From Candidatus Hydrogenedentota bacterium (GTDB lineage Bacteria > Hydrogenedentota > Hydrogenedentia > Hydrogenedentales > SLHB01), in the NCBI GenBank assembly GCA_045863295.1, contig BTWA01000009.1, positions 96,001 to 160,000 on the forward strand: a stretch of 64,000 bases of DNA, read 5' to 3'. Below, in pieces: positions 1 through 10,384 of this stretch. A program made the translations under genes and the position numbers. Each line of letters begins with the position of its first letter. The stretch's first letter is position 1. The notes below the pieces were generated by a model. The model ran no database searches. It was not told the origin of the DNA and saw nothing but the letters and a program-made list of their open reading frames with translations.

Positions 1-601
1 CCAAATTTGAAACACCACCCCACGAATCGGGCTGTTCGATTTTCTCGGCAATGGCGACCAAAGTCATTTCCGGGTCGCCGATGCACAGGCAGTCAAAGGA
101 ATCAAACGCCAGCATCACGGACTCGCTGTGTTGGCTGGCCGCTTCGCCGAAACCGACGATGCGCAGTTTGGGGCGAAGTCCTCGCAGGCGGGAGGCAATG
201 CGTGAGGCGCAAGGCAAATCTTCCACCGAGCGCAGGTGAAACGCAGCGAAATGGAGCCCACGCACATTTGCAAGCGCAACGGCAATGGAGTCGCAGAGTT
301 CGTTTTGCCGTTGGCGAAAGGCTTTGTCTGCGGAGCGGATTTGCCAGAGTGTGTGCAGGGTCTCAAGGGGGTTAATGGAATCGTCGCCGACTACTCGATC
401 CGCAATGCGCCTCGCCGTGTCACTCAACCCACCGGAGACCAGGCTTTCGACCACTTCTACGGAGCCATAGTCGTAGATGCGGGTTGTGTGTCCTGCATCC
501 AGCAGCGATCCGGCGGTTGCCGCCAGGACTCTGTCCGGCATAAGCGCCTGTGGATCAAAGGGATATCCAGGGCAGTACACGAGGGCGCTGCAGGTTTTCA
601 T
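1..601 (-). CDS. Cobalamin-binding-domain-like protein, probably the N-terminus of a B12-dependent radical SAM-type protein (partial, runs off window)
   Basis: Not in ORF track. Manual minus-strand translation from ATG at 601 (RBS AAGGAG upstream) is open to position 1: MKTCSALVYCPGYPFDP...LAATAGSLLDAGHTTRIYDY...RLRGLRPKLRIVGFGEAA...FDCLCIGDPEMTL, matching the B12-BD patterns 'LA..L...GH.V...D' and 'D....GE.E.T'. Confidence 0.65.
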   Translation of the reverse strand, partial: MKTCSALVYCPGYPFDPQALMPDRVLAATAGSLLDAGHTTRIYDYGSVEVVESLVSGGLSDTARRIADRVVGDDSINPLETLHTLWQIRSADKAFRQRQNELCDSIAVALANVRGLHFAAFHLRSVEDLPCASRIASRLRGLRPKLRIVGFGEAASQHSESVMLAFDSFDCLCIGDPEMTLVAIAEKIEQPDSWGGVSNL

Positions 602-719
602 AGGCGCTCCTTGCCTTCAGTATCGAGTGCGACCCCACGGACCCATGTCGGCGAAGGTACCACAAGATGTAGAAATCGCCATCACTCTCCGAACGCACAA
701 TACATTATATGGCGTGGCG

Positions 720-748
720 ATTCTAGCAAAGCCACCATATTTATGCAA
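720..748 (-). promoter_or_regulatory. Putative sigma70 promoter for the 1..601 gene
   Basis: Minus strand reads TTGCAT-N17-TAGAAT with extended -10 TG. Confidence 0.5.
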
Positions 749-1054
749 CTGGAAATTTACGCCCCCATATCTTGAGCGGCATGAAGGCCGATTCGCAGTT
801 TTCAGGGTAAGTGGCTGGCAGTAAATGGGTTGGTAGAGGCGCGGTTTTTCGTCGACTTCCTTGGGCATGGTAAGGAGGGCAGACACGGTGTTCGATGGTG
901 CAGTTTTTCGCGGCATAGGTAATGTTTAAATTACAAAAGCAAACGTAAAATAAAAATTACAAAATATTGTTCATGTCCTCCTGTTGCCGCTGACGACGCA
1001 TAGTGGTCGCCATCTAAGATACCATGGTCTTTGATGCTACCATTTTGATAGAGA

Positions 1055-1085
1055 ACTCTCCATCGCTATCGCGGCGATGGAGAGT
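1055..1085 (-). terminator. Terminator-like hairpin downstream of the G1PDH-family gene
   Basis: Perfect 12-bp inverted repeat ACTCTCCATCGC/GCGATGGAGAGT with 7-nt loop, about 55 nt after the stop at 1139; weak U tail. Confidence 0.5.
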
Positions 1086-1138
1086 AAAATATGCAGGGAG
1101 GAGTGCCTAAGCGCAATTGTAACAAAGTGAGATAAAGA

Positions 1139-2185
1139 TTACTTATTCCAATCTTGATATGCGTCGTAAATCTGTTGTCGCATGGTAGAAATGAAGGCTT
1201 CGGTCACGGGCTTGTCCGAGGCGACCGTGTACCACAATCCAACTTCATTGACGTACCAAGCCAACTTACGCAGTCCTTCGGCTACTTGGTCCCACGTGAG
1301 GTCCATGGCTTCCGGGCGGATATCCACGCCTGCGCGCTGGATCAGGCGAAGCATCTTGTCGGGTTCGTTTTCCTGCAGTGCCGACCCAATGTAGATACCG
1401 AGGCATACGGGTAGCCCGTGGATGAACTTCTTGTGGGTCATGTATTCGAGGGTGTAGAAGAGGAAGTGGTCGATACCCTCGATATGTCGGGGATTCCAGC
1501 CCGCGTTGTGAAATGCGGCGCCTCCCCATCGAAGCCCGGCGGCGAGGGCGCGGATGCCGGTTTCGTTCAGCGCGTGGATGTCGTCCAATTTGTCGACCAC
1601 ACTGTCCAGAACGGCTTTGGACTCGGCGCACAGGCCGGGGTCATAAGGCCATTGCTTTTCTGTTTTTCCCCGGTCATGGGCGAGTTTCCAGTCGTAGATG
1701 GCGGTGTGATAGCAGAAGACATCGCAGACGCCGCTTCGGTTGAGCAGTTTCGGGCCGTTTTGAATCACGTCGAAATCAATGTAGACGGCCTCGGGCACGG
1801 TGTAGGTGATGTAGCGCACCTTGCTGCCAAAGCGCATGCCGGCCCGGTGGCCGAAGGCGGCGTTGGTCGCCAGTGAGGTGGGCACTTGAAACAATGGTTT
1901 CCGGTCATGCCACGCGAAGATCTTGGCCACGTCGAGTGCCTGTCCGCCACCGAGGCCGATGACGGAATTGAATTTGGGCAGGCTGGCCATGTCCTTGACG
2001 ATGTCATCGTATTCCAGCGTTTTGACGAAATACGGCCCGGCGATGTTCTTGTCAAAGTGATGTTTGAATATGGGCCACAAATCTTCCATGGTGACCACGA
2101 GATAAGGTTGGTGCACGAAGTTCGGCAGTTCGCCGATGAGGTTGCGTCCGAAAATGGTGTTGAAGAAACTGGCTTGTGAGAACAT
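1139..2185 (-). CDS. sn-glycerol-1-phosphate dehydrogenase family (EgsA/AraM-like; Fe-ADH/DHQS superfamily)
   Basis: GLGGGQALDVAK NAD motif, VPTSLA, PEAVYIDFDVI...RSGVCD...TAIYDWKLA, and His ligands (DHFL, HGLPV). Confidence 0.8.
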   Translation of the reverse strand: MFSQASFFNTIFGRNLIGELPNFVHQPYLVVTMEDLWPIFKHHFDKNIAGPYFVKTLEYDDIVKDMASLPKFNSVIGLGGGQALDVAKIFAWHDRKPLFQVPTSLATNAAFGHRAGMRFGSKVRYITYTVPEAVYIDFDVIQNGPKLLNRSGVCDVFCYHTAIYDWKLAHDRGKTEKQWPYDPGLCAESKAVLDSVVDKLDDIHALNETGIRALAAGLRWGGAAFHNAGWNPRHIEGIDHFLFYTLEYMTHKKFIHGLPVCLGIYIGSALQENEPDKMLRLIQRAGVDIRPEAMDLTWDQVAEGLRKLAWYVNEVGLWYTVASDKPVTEAFISTMRQQIYDAYQDWNK

Positions 2186-2355
2186 CGGTGATTTCCCCCG
2201 CGTCTGAATTGCGTTTACAGCGGACCACAGGATACGAAGTGAACGTGTACACGATCAACGGCGAGCATTGGCCGGTGTACGATCGACGAACGATTCTCAG
2301 GTACTCTTCATTCTTGGTTTAATTCAGACACCTGATTACTTCCCCCGTTGTAGAG

Positions 2356-2757
2356 TCACACGGCCTGGCGGTTCCCTTCAAACATCGCGACTACAGGTTC
2401 CTTCATAAGCACGATGATGGTAAAAATACCCAGGATGGTGCCAAAGGGGATGCTCATGCATTCGAGGGCGGCAACCACGACGCAAAAGGTGCGGGACTGG
2501 CGGGCCTTTAGTTTTCGGCCCGCGGTAATGATGGCAAATGCGAAGGCCCATCCAATCAGAATGACGAGCGCACCGATGGCGATGAACACAAAGCCGATGA
2601 CGGCAGGGGGGGCGTCGTCGCCCGCGAAGGCGCCGGCCACCATGGCGATGCCCAGGATAATGTGGATAATTGGGATGCAGGAGAACAATGCGACCAACCC
2701 GCCAAATATGAAATGGAAAATGGCGAGCAAATCGAGATAGCGTTCGTCATCGGTCAT
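2356..2757 (-). CDS. Small integral membrane protein of unknown function
   Basis: 133 aa, 3-4 hydrophobic segments, 'IPFGTILGIFTIIVL' motif; RBS AAGGA. Confidence 0.75.
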   Translation of the reverse strand: MTDDERYLDLLAIFHFIFGGLVALFSCIPIIHIILGIAMVAGAFAGDDAPPAVIGFVFIAIGALVILIGWAFAFAIITAGRKLKARQSRTFCVVVAALECMSIPFGTILGIFTIIVLMKEPVVAMFEGNRQAV

Positions 2758-3043
2758 GACTGTATCCTTTCGGGTGCGAGCCTGGACGCCTTGGTGGTGT
2801 AGCGCGGCAAATCCCTAAAGTCCGGTTACGCTAAGAATAGCGGAATCTTTCGTTCGCGACGAGTTTCTCAACGGATTGAGGGGTCCCCCATGCCGGAATC
2901 CGTGATGGCCATAGGCGTTAATCGTGCGAGTTGGTAACGTTGAATTGCCATCCGTCTGCGCGGGTGGCATGATGGTGCCTGGGGTTTGTCTGCTTCGAGC
3001 CTATCCGAATGTTTCTGTTCGGTGAACGCTTGGGAGGTATCGT

Positions 3044-4765
3044 ATGGATCGCAGGACGTTTCTCTCACTTGCAGGAGTTGCCGGTATGAGTACTCTCCTA
3101 GGGGGCGCTTCTTCCGCTCAGGAACGTTCAGGCGCACCCATCAACGAGATGTTGTTGCGTGGGCGGAATCAGAACCGGTCCACGGTGGTGGCGCGGCATG
3201 GGATGGTTTGCACGAGCCAGCCGCTGGCAAGTCTTGCGGGAATTGATACTTTGCGAGCTGGCGGGTCGGCCGTTGATGCGGCCATTGCGGCCAACGCGAT
3301 GCTGGGTCTGACCGAACCGATGAGTTGCGGACTCGGGGGCGACTTGTTTGCGATTGTCTGGTGGGAGAAGGAGAAGAAGCTGTATGGCCTGAACGCGAGC
3401 GGCCGATCGCCGTATGCGTGGAGTCTTGAGGCCGCGAAGTCGTTAAACTTGGAATCGATCCCTTCGCAGAGTCCGTTGGCATGGAGCGTGCCGGGATGCG
3501 CGAGCGGCTGGGCCGCACTTGCGGAGAAGTTTGGCGCGATCCCGTTCAAGGACGTGCTTCAACCCGCGATTACGACGGCGCGCGATGGATTTCCCGTATC
3601 CCCAATCATTGCGCGCGGCTGGCCGTTTCCGACCAAGTTCGAGAATTTGGGCAAGACCTATGCGCCGGGTGGCCAACATCCGCGCTTTGGCGATATTTTT
3701 CAAAACCCGGCGCTGGCCAACACGCTGGAGATACTCGCACGGGACGGCGCGCAGGCCTATTACCAGGGCGAGATAGCGGAGAAGCTGGTGCGCTTCTCGG
3801 AGAGCGTGGGCGGCAAGTTTGCCTTGAAGGATTTTACGGATCACACGGCCACGTGGGTGGAACCGGTAAGCACTTCGTATCGTGGTTACGATGTATGGGA
3901 GATTCCGCCCAACGGCCAGGGCATTGCGGTGCTTCAAATCCTGAACTTGTTGGAGCACTTTGATATTGGGTCGCTGACGCCCAATTCCGCGGAGCATTTG
4001 CATCTGTTTATCGAAGCCAAGAAGCTGGCTTACGAAGATCGGGCGATATACTACGCGGATCCGGAGAAGGCCGATGTGCCGGTGGATTGGCTCATTTCGA
4101 AGGATTACGGCAAGGAACGGGTTCAACTCATCAATCCCAACAAGGCCAGCATGTCGGTGAAACCGGGAGCAATGGATGGGTCGACCGATACGATCTATCT
4201 GGCCACGGCCGATCGACACGGCAACATGGTTTCGTTTATTCAAAGCATCTACAGCGGTTGGGGATCGCATTTTGCGCCGGAGGACTTGGGATTCGCGATA
4301 CAGAATCGCGGTTCGGCCTTTACGCTGAATGCCGATCATCGCAACCGTCTGGAACCTCACAAGCGTCCCTTCCACACCATCATTCCCGGTTTTCTTACGC
4401 GCGAAGGGAAGGCGGTGATGCCCTTTGGCGTAATGGGCGGCGATTTTCAGCCGCAGGGCCATAGCCAGGTGCTGATGAATATGATCGACTTTGGGTACTC
4501 GGTGCAGCAGGCCGGCGATCAACCGCGCATTGAGCACGCGGGCAGCAGCGACCCCGACGGTTCGCGCATGGAAGGTGCCGGCATTGTAGCGTGTGAACGT
4601 CACATCGGCGACGATGTGAAAGAGAAACTTGCAGCCCTGGGACATACGCTCAAGCCCGGTTTCCAGGAATTCGGCGGGTATCAGGCAGTATGGCGCGAAG
4701 ATGATCCGTTGCGCTATTTCGGCGGTTCGGATCCCCGCAAGGATGGCTGCGCGATTGGCTACTGA
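3044..4765 (+). CDS. ggt: Gamma-glutamyltransferase (Tat-exported)
   Basis: Tat motif DRRTFL; GGSAVDAAIA; EPMSCGLGGDLF; nucleophile Thr in DTIYLATAD; KRPFHTIIP; FGVMGG; GGSDPRKDG. Confidence 0.95.
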   Translation: MDRRTFLSLAGVAGMSTLLGGASSAQERSGAPINEMLLRGRNQNRSTVVARHGMVCTSQPLASLAGIDTLRAGGSAVDAAIAANAMLGLTEPMSCGLGGDLFAIVWWEKEKKLYGLNASGRSPYAWSLEAAKSLNLESIPSQSPLAWSVPGCASGWAALAEKFGAIPFKDVLQPAITTARDGFPVSPIIARGWPFPTKFENLGKTYAPGGQHPRFGDIFQNPALANTLEILARDGAQAYYQGEIAEKLVRFSESVGGKFALKDFTDHTATWVEPVSTSYRGYDVWEIPPNGQGIAVLQILNLLEHFDIGSLTPNSAEHLHLFIEAKKLAYEDRAIYYADPEKADVPVDWLISKDYGKERVQLINPNKASMSVKPGAMDGSTDTIYLATADRHGNMVSFIQSIYSGWGSHFAPEDLGFAIQNRGSAFTLNADHRNRLEPHKRPFHTIIPGFLTREGKAVMPFGVMGGDFQPQGHSQVLMNMIDFGYSVQQAGDQPRIEHAGSSDPDGSRMEGAGIVACERHIGDDVKEKLAALGHTLKPGFQEFGGYQAVWREDDPLRYFGGSDPRKDGCAIGY

Positions 4766-5621
4766 TTCGCCGTCCGAGCCGAAACCTCCGCGTGTTTCCA
4801 TTGTCATACCCTCCTGGGATGGTCATCGCGACGGGTGCGTGCCCCGGTTGTTGGCCAGCATCGAGGAGCAGACGTTTCGGGACTACGAGGTCATTGTCAT
4901 CCAGGGCGTGTCGCCGCAGGGCCGTGCCATTAACCAAGGGGCGGCCAGGGCGCGCGGTGAGATACTCGTGATTCTCGACGACGACAGCCGGCTTGCGGAT
5001 GAACACGTGATTGAACGGCTTGTCCATTGCCTCGATGCCGATGGGCGGGTGGGCATGGCCGGAGCGAGCATCATTCTGCCGCCGGATGTTTCTTCCTTTC
5101 AGCGCCGTGCCGCTCGGCAATTTCCGCGATTTAATACCCCCATCGTACGCGAAGTGACCGACAGCGATTTGGCGTGCCACGGCTGCTGCGCGTTTCCCAA
5201 GAGCGTGTTTGAATCCGTCGGCCGCGAGCGGGAAGACATAGTTCGTGGCCTCGATCCCGATTTGCGTGTGCGGCTGCGCGCGGCGGGCTATCGCGTCGTG
5301 CTAGTGCCCCATGCGGCGATATACCATCCCATGCCGGACGGGTGGGGCAAGTTGATTCGCATCTTTTTCCGGAACGGCTATGGGTCGGCCTATGCCTACA
5401 AGTTTCATGCGGACAGCGTCTACGAGACGCACGAAGCGCTGCATGAATCCAGTTTTCGCCCGACTACCGGGTTTGTTTTCCGGTTGTTGCGTTATCCGTT
5501 TCGTCTCGCCAAGGCCGTGCTGCAGGGCCGCCTGATCCGGTTCGTGGCGTATCTTGCCTATGCGACCGGTTACCTCTGGGGATTGGCGGTTGCCAGGAAG
5601 GCTGTTTCGCCGACTGTATGA
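4755..5621 (+). CDS. Glycosyltransferase family 2
   Basis: VSIVIP, QTFRDYEVIVI, N.GA..ARGEILVILDDD, DLRVRLRAAGYRVV; start uncertain (TTG 4755 or ATG 4743), overlaps the ggt stop. Confidence 0.85.
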   Translation: MATDSPSEPKPPRVSIVIPSWDGHRDGCVPRLLASIEEQTFRDYEVIVIQGVSPQGRAINQGAARARGEILVILDDDSRLADEHVIERLVHCLDADGRVGMAGASIILPPDVSSFQRRAARQFPRFNTPIVREVTDSDLACHGCCAFPKSVFESVGREREDIVRGLDPDLRVRLRAAGYRVVLVPHAAIYHPMPDGWGKLIRIFFRNGYGSAYAYKFHADSVYETHEALHESSFRPTTGFVFRLLRYPFRLAKAVLQGRLIRFVAYLAYATGYLWGLAVARKAVSPTV

Positions 5622-5726
5622 CTGTACGGATTGGCTGATTGCCACGGAGTTGCAATTTTCGTTCGGCTGGCGGATGATCGCGCGTTCTCAGATACGACAA
5701 GGCGATTCATCGCATATGGGGGAGCC

Positions 5727-7034
5727 ATGCAGACCGTCAGTGAACAAGCCCGCATTCTGCCCAAGAACTACAAGTGGTACATCGTCGGCATGCTGTGGTT
5801 CATGGCGTTTTTTAATTACGCCGACCGGCAGGCACTTGCCTCGGTTTTGCCGCTCATAAAAGAAGACTTCACGCTGAGCGATACGCAGTTGGGCATTGTG
5901 ACCGCGGCGTTCGCTTGGATATACGGCCTCGGCGCACCCTTTGCCGGATACATCGTCGATCGGGTGCGCCGGAAAACGGCCATTCTTGCGGGTCTTCATG
6001 CGTGGAGCTTAATCTGCATGGCGACGGCACTTTCCACGAATTACCTTTCGCTGGCATTTTTTCGTGCGCTCGAAGGCATCGGCGAGACGTTTTACTTCCC
6101 GGCTTCCATGTCTTTGATTAGTGACTACCACGGCAGGAAAACGCGATCCCGCGCGATGGGCTTGCATCAGACCAGCGTATATGCCGGTACAATCGGCGGA
6201 GGTTTTTTTGCCGGTCTGATTGGGCAGTACTATGGATGGAAGTGGTCGTTTGTGGTGTTTGGCGGATTGGGCATTCTGCTTGGCATCGTATTGCACAAGT
6301 TGGTGGTTGAGCCTGTGCGCGGCGCCGCGGACGAAGAGGATACCGGCATCAAACATGAGGTTGTGCGGTCGGGCATGTCTGTCGCAGACACGGCCAAGCT
6401 CATATTTACCACCCCAACGACCCTCTTTTTGTTGGGCGCATTTCTGTGCGCCAACTTCGTGGCGACGGTCATGCTGGCGTGGATGCCCACTTATCTTCAC
6501 CGCAATTTCGGTTTGAGTTTGGCGGGCGCGGGTTTTACCGCCGTATTCTATCTTCAAATGGCCAGCATGGTTGCTTCTCCCATCGGCGGCTGGATTGCAG
6601 ATACGCTGCGTCGCAAGATGTTTGGGGGCCGAATGATTGTTCAGGCGGTCGGGGTTCTGTGCGGGGCTCCTTTCGTATACTTGTGCGGTGTAACCCAGGA
6701 GCTTGCGACATTGGTCATCGTGCTGACCTGTTGGGGTTTCTGCAAAGGGCTCTACGACGCGAACATTTTCGCCTCAATTTACGATGTCATTCCCGCCAAC
6801 GCACGCGGGATGGCGGCTGGCCTGATGAATTGCATCGGATGGTTGGCCGGAGGCGGAACAGCTCCAATCATTGTAGGCGCCTTGGCTGACCGGTACGATT
6901 TGGGTACGGCCATCGCTGTAACGTCGTGTATGTACGTACTGGCAGGCATCGTGTTGATGTTGGGCGCGCTCTTGTTTATCAAGAAGGACTCCCTCAAGGT
7001 ACAAGCGCATTTGGGCGCGGCGCCTACTTCATGA
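5727..7034 (+). CDS. MFS transporter (spinster/ACS-like)
   Basis: FNYADRQ, GYIVDRVRRK motif A, about 12 TM segments; ATG 5727 with GGGGAG RBS. Confidence 0.92.
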   Translation: MQTVSEQARILPKNYKWYIVGMLWFMAFFNYADRQALASVLPLIKEDFTLSDTQLGIVTAAFAWIYGLGAPFAGYIVDRVRRKTAILAGLHAWSLICMATALSTNYLSLAFFRALEGIGETFYFPASMSLISDYHGRKTRSRAMGLHQTSVYAGTIGGGFFAGLIGQYYGWKWSFVVFGGLGILLGIVLHKLVVEPVRGAADEEDTGIKHEVVRSGMSVADTAKLIFTTPTTLFLLGAFLCANFVATVMLAWMPTYLHRNFGLSLAGAGFTAVFYLQMASMVASPIGGWIADTLRRKMFGGRMIVQAVGVLCGAPFVYLCGVTQELATLVIVLTCWGFCKGLYDANIFASIYDVIPANARGMAAGLMNCIGWLAGGGTAPIIVGALADRYDLGTAIAVTSCMYVLAGIVLMLGALLFIKKDSLKVQAHLGAAPTS

Positions 7035-7409
7035 TTCCTGTCCAAAATTTGGATCTCTCTTGTCCAAATAGTATACACCGGGGTTAAAAACGGCCTCTGC
7101 CAGCTCAGATCTTTTGGACTCGAATAGGGCAATTTTCGAGTCAAATTCTGGCTCAAAGTCCGCCTTGCTTATAGTCTCAAGCCGATGCTCTTTTAGTCAT
7201 AACTATTTACTAAATAGATGGTTATGAATCAAATCCCCAGTATCTTCATTAGTTTAAGGATTTGCGCGAATTCCTTCTTTTTATTGACTTACCGAACCTG
7301 CGGACGTAATGGACAGTCAAATCATATGGTAAAGTAGACATCGTAGCTGTTCGGCGGTTGGTGAGTTTGTTCCCGGCTGCCGTTAGGGCACGAAAGGCAG
7401 AGTTCCTGG

Positions 7410-10283
7410 GTGGTATCGATGATTGTACGTTTGGGGATAGTGTGTCTTGCCGTTTTCGCGGGATTTACCGGTTACGCACAGAACCGGCGCGCGATCATTG
7501 TCGTTGGCGGCACCACCAGCGTTCCGAACGCGGCGGAGTACAAGAAGCTTTCTGATCAGGCGTATTCTGTGCTGAAGGCGCAGGGCTATACGGATGCCAA
7601 CATTTCTTTCTTATCTCCCCATACTACGTCTGCTGGTCGAGACGGGGCGACGACGTCGGCGCAGCTTCAGAGTGATCTTACAAGCTGGGCGGCGTCTTCC
7701 ACTTTGGACCTTGTCCTCTACTTGATTGGTCCTGGCACGTACGACTCGTTTCAATTGAACGCGACCGAGTCAATATCGTCGACGACGCTGGATGGTTGGC
7801 TAGATACGTTGCAGACTACCTTGCCTAATCCTTTGGTCGTGATTATGGAGTTTGACACGGCGGGCGCCTTTCTCGACAAGTTGCGGGCGACTGGCGGCAA
7901 GGTTCGCATCAATATCGCCACTTGCGACTATTGGGGTCCTGCCAGTTTCCTTCGCAACGGCCGGTTTTCTTTTTCCATTTATTTCTGGTCTCAGATTTTG
8001 TACGGTTCGAACGTGAACTCGGCGTTCAATAATGCGCTGGATGCGATGACGCGCTGCAGTTTGCGCCAGACGCCGCTGCTTGATGACGACGGCGACGGCG
8101 AATACAACGCATTTAATGACGGGTTTGAAGCCCAGAATTTTGTTGTGGGCAACGGTACGCTGGTGCCCGATCAGGATCCCTCCATTGGTACGTTCACCGC
8201 GCCTTCGACGATTCAGGGTGGCGATGACAAGGAGATTCGTGCGGAGAACGTAGTTACATTCGGTGCGCTTGCAGGTGTAGAGGTATTGTTTGTCGATCCG
8301 GATTTTTTTGTGCCGGAGATTGGTCAACCATTCTCGAACATTACCTTTGAAACGCTTGCGCCACAGGGTGGCGCCGTATTCAATACGTTCTACGATGGCT
8401 TTGAAAAACTGGGCGTGCACCGCCTTGTGGCAATCGTTTATGACGTGGACGGACGGGTGTCGCATCCGTTCAATATTGAGTTGACCAACGAGGGTCTGCC
8501 CGGCCAGCAGGACCTGTTTGAAGACGACGACGCAGTTGCCCGTGCCTACTGGTATGGACTTGGCGGACCCCGCCAGCATCGCAATTTTCACGATGCGGGC
8601 GATGTCGACTGGGTTGTTTTTTTCGGCCGGGCCGAGGACAACAGCCAAGGCGATTTCAATGCCGAGTGTGTTCGCGACGGTGCGTACGTGACGGATTGCG
8701 TTCTTGAACTCTATGACGGTACCGGCACGACTTTGTTGGACAGTGGCGACGGTCATCTTGAATACGAGACTCCTCCGACCGGCAAGTATGCTTTGCGTAT
8801 CCGTCATAAGACCAACCAGTTTGGGCCAAACACGTACTACGAATTACGCATATGGCGCTTCCTTGTCGGTCCGGCCGTCACGGGCAACTTGCAATTGCTT
8901 GTGCAGAATGCGAGCAACAGCAGTCCGGTGGCTGGAGCGGAAGTCAACGTAACCAAACTGGGTGAGCCCGCGCTGAACTTCAAGGTGTTTACGGATGGAT
9001 TGGGCCAGACGCCTCAGTTGTCTCTTGAAGAGGCGACGTATCAGGTGAACGTTGCCAAGGCCCCGGACTTTACGCAAAGCAGCACCAACGCGTTCATGTC
9101 TGCTGGCGCGACGACTTTTCATCAAGTCATGCTGAACCCGGTGGGCGGCGGCGGTCTGACCGTGACCTCACCCAACGGCGGGGAGACGCTTGTCAAGAAC
9201 GCGGTGCACAACATTCAGTGGACCGGGGCCAGCGGCAACGTGAAGATCGTATTGTTGCAGGGCGCCGCGGAAGTGTTGCCCATTGCTGAGTCGACGGCCA
9301 ATACAGGCAGCTTTGCGTGGACGGTGCCTGGTTTCATGACGCCGGCAAACGACTATCGTGTGCAAATCTATCAGTTGCCGGGCACCGCGGTGTCGGATAT
9401 CAGCAACAACTTCTTTTCCATTGCCGAACAGGGTACGACTCCGCCGCCACCCGGCCGAAAGTCGGCATTGGAGAAGTTGAATGTCCCGATTGCAGAGTCA
9501 ACGATGCCGGCGAATCCGGAGGAACTGACGGCCGGCCAACCGCTGTCCTTGCGCGTATCCGGCCATGGGAAAGTCGACCCTGCCACCATTTGGATGACTG
9601 TTGAAGGCGATCAGGGATATCGGAGTGACCAGTGTCGGTGGCAGGCCATCGCGCCGGACAACTCGGACGGCTGGATAACGCATGAGTTTGCCCAAAACGC
9701 GGCCCATGCGGAGGCGCTGTGGGTGCGTGCAGGTGCAGTGACCTCGGATGGCGCTGCCATTGAATTGCCTGTACAGCGTTTCGTTGCGGGTGGGAGTTCC
9801 GCGGCAAAGTCGATGACGGATAGCCTGGCGCCGGAATTCTTTGTTTCGCCCCTGCCGGCTGACGAGGGCAGTACCGTTTCGCAAGTATACCGTGTGAGCC
9901 CGGCGGCGGTATTCGACACACCGCGTACCGTAACCATACCGCTCTCGTCAAACGCAACAGCGGATGCCGTAACCGTTTTTTACTTTAGCGAATCGACATC
10001 TCATTTGGGGTGGTACGCGGCTGACGAAGTGACGGGCTTTACCATTCCGGGCAGCTTGCGTATCGAAACCGTGGGCGGTGTGCCGCATGCGGTATTTGAG
10101 ATTTTGCACGGTGGAGTAGTGCAAATTGCGAAGCCTGCGCGAACGAGCCTTTCCGGTTTTGGATTGACTCTGGAAGTGCAGGGCGGCCGTTCGGCGATTG
10201 CCGGATTTGCGGTTGTCCTCTCTGGCGTACTGTTCGCCTTGTGGGTCTTGCTTTTGTATCGTCCACTCGGCGCCCGGCGTTGA
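7410..10283 (+). CDS. Secreted, C-terminally anchored protein: inactive C13/caspase-like domain + PPC-like + Ig/Kre9-like + ZU5-like + TM
   Basis: Signal peptide; clan CD fold motifs lacking the dyad (LYLIGPG, IMEFDTAG); HRNFHDAGDVDW PPC-like; VTSPNGGE repeat; C-terminal TM followed by RR. Confidence 0.8.
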   Translation: MVSMIVRLGIVCLAVFAGFTGYAQNRRAIIVVGGTTSVPNAAEYKKLSDQAYSVLKAQGYTDANISFLSPHTTSAGRDGATTSAQLQSDLTSWAASSTLDLVLYLIGPGTYDSFQLNATESISSTTLDGWLDTLQTTLPNPLVVIMEFDTAGAFLDKLRATGGKVRINIATCDYWGPASFLRNGRFSFSIYFWSQILYGSNVNSAFNNALDAMTRCSLRQTPLLDDDGDGEYNAFNDGFEAQNFVVGNGTLVPDQDPSIGTFTAPSTIQGGDDKEIRAENVVTFGALAGVEVLFVDPDFFVPEIGQPFSNITFETLAPQGGAVFNTFYDGFEKLGVHRLVAIVYDVDGRVSHPFNIELTNEGLPGQQDLFEDDDAVARAYWYGLGGPRQHRNFHDAGDVDWVVFFGRAEDNSQGDFNAECVRDGAYVTDCVLELYDGTGTTLLDSGDGHLEYETPPTGKYALRIRHKTNQFGPNTYYELRIWRFLVGPAVTGNLQLLVQNASNSSPVAGAEVNVTKLGEPALNFKVFTDGLGQTPQLSLEEATYQVNVAKAPDFTQSSTNAFMSAGATTFHQVMLNPVGGGGLTVTSPNGGETLVKNAVHNIQWTGASGNVKIVLLQGAAEVLPIAESTANTGSFAWTVPGFMTPANDYRVQIYQLPGTAVSDISNNFFSIAEQGTTPPPPGRKSALEKLNVPIAESTMPANPEELTAGQPLSLRVSGHGKVDPATIWMTVEGDQGYRSDQCRWQAIAPDNSDGWITHEFAQNAAHAEALWVRAGAVTSDGAAIELPVQRFVAGGSSAAKSMTDSLAPEFFVSPLPADEGSTVSQVYRVSPAAVFDTPRTVTIPLSSNATADAVTVFYFSESTSHLGWYAADEVTGFTIPGSLRIETVGGVPHAVFEILHGGVVQIAKPARTSLSGFGLTLEVQGGRSAIAGFAVVLSGVLFALWVLLLYRPLGARR

Positions 10284-10384
10284 CGGTTTGCCTCTTTAAT
10301 TGTAGTACTTGATCGAGGGGAGTAGATTCGTTTGCCGTGCTATACTGTGAACCGCATCTTCGTTCACATGGTTGCAGCGAAACA

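Noticed and set aside
2202..2329. 9-bp inverted repeat GTCTGAATT/AATTCAGAC with short internal direct repeats upstream of the G1PDH-like gene
   Set aside because: Too short and unstructured to support a riboswitch or MITE call.
3443..4807. Long antisense ORFs (also 38935-40236, 25321-26589, 7800-8807, 15044-16042)
   Set aside because: Shadows of well-supported genes on the opposite strand in GC-rich DNA; no recognisable motifs.
7035..7400. AT-rich intergenic region with a short GACTCGAA/TTCGAGTC palindrome
   Set aside because: Consistent with an ordinary promoter region; no ORF or RNA structure supportable.
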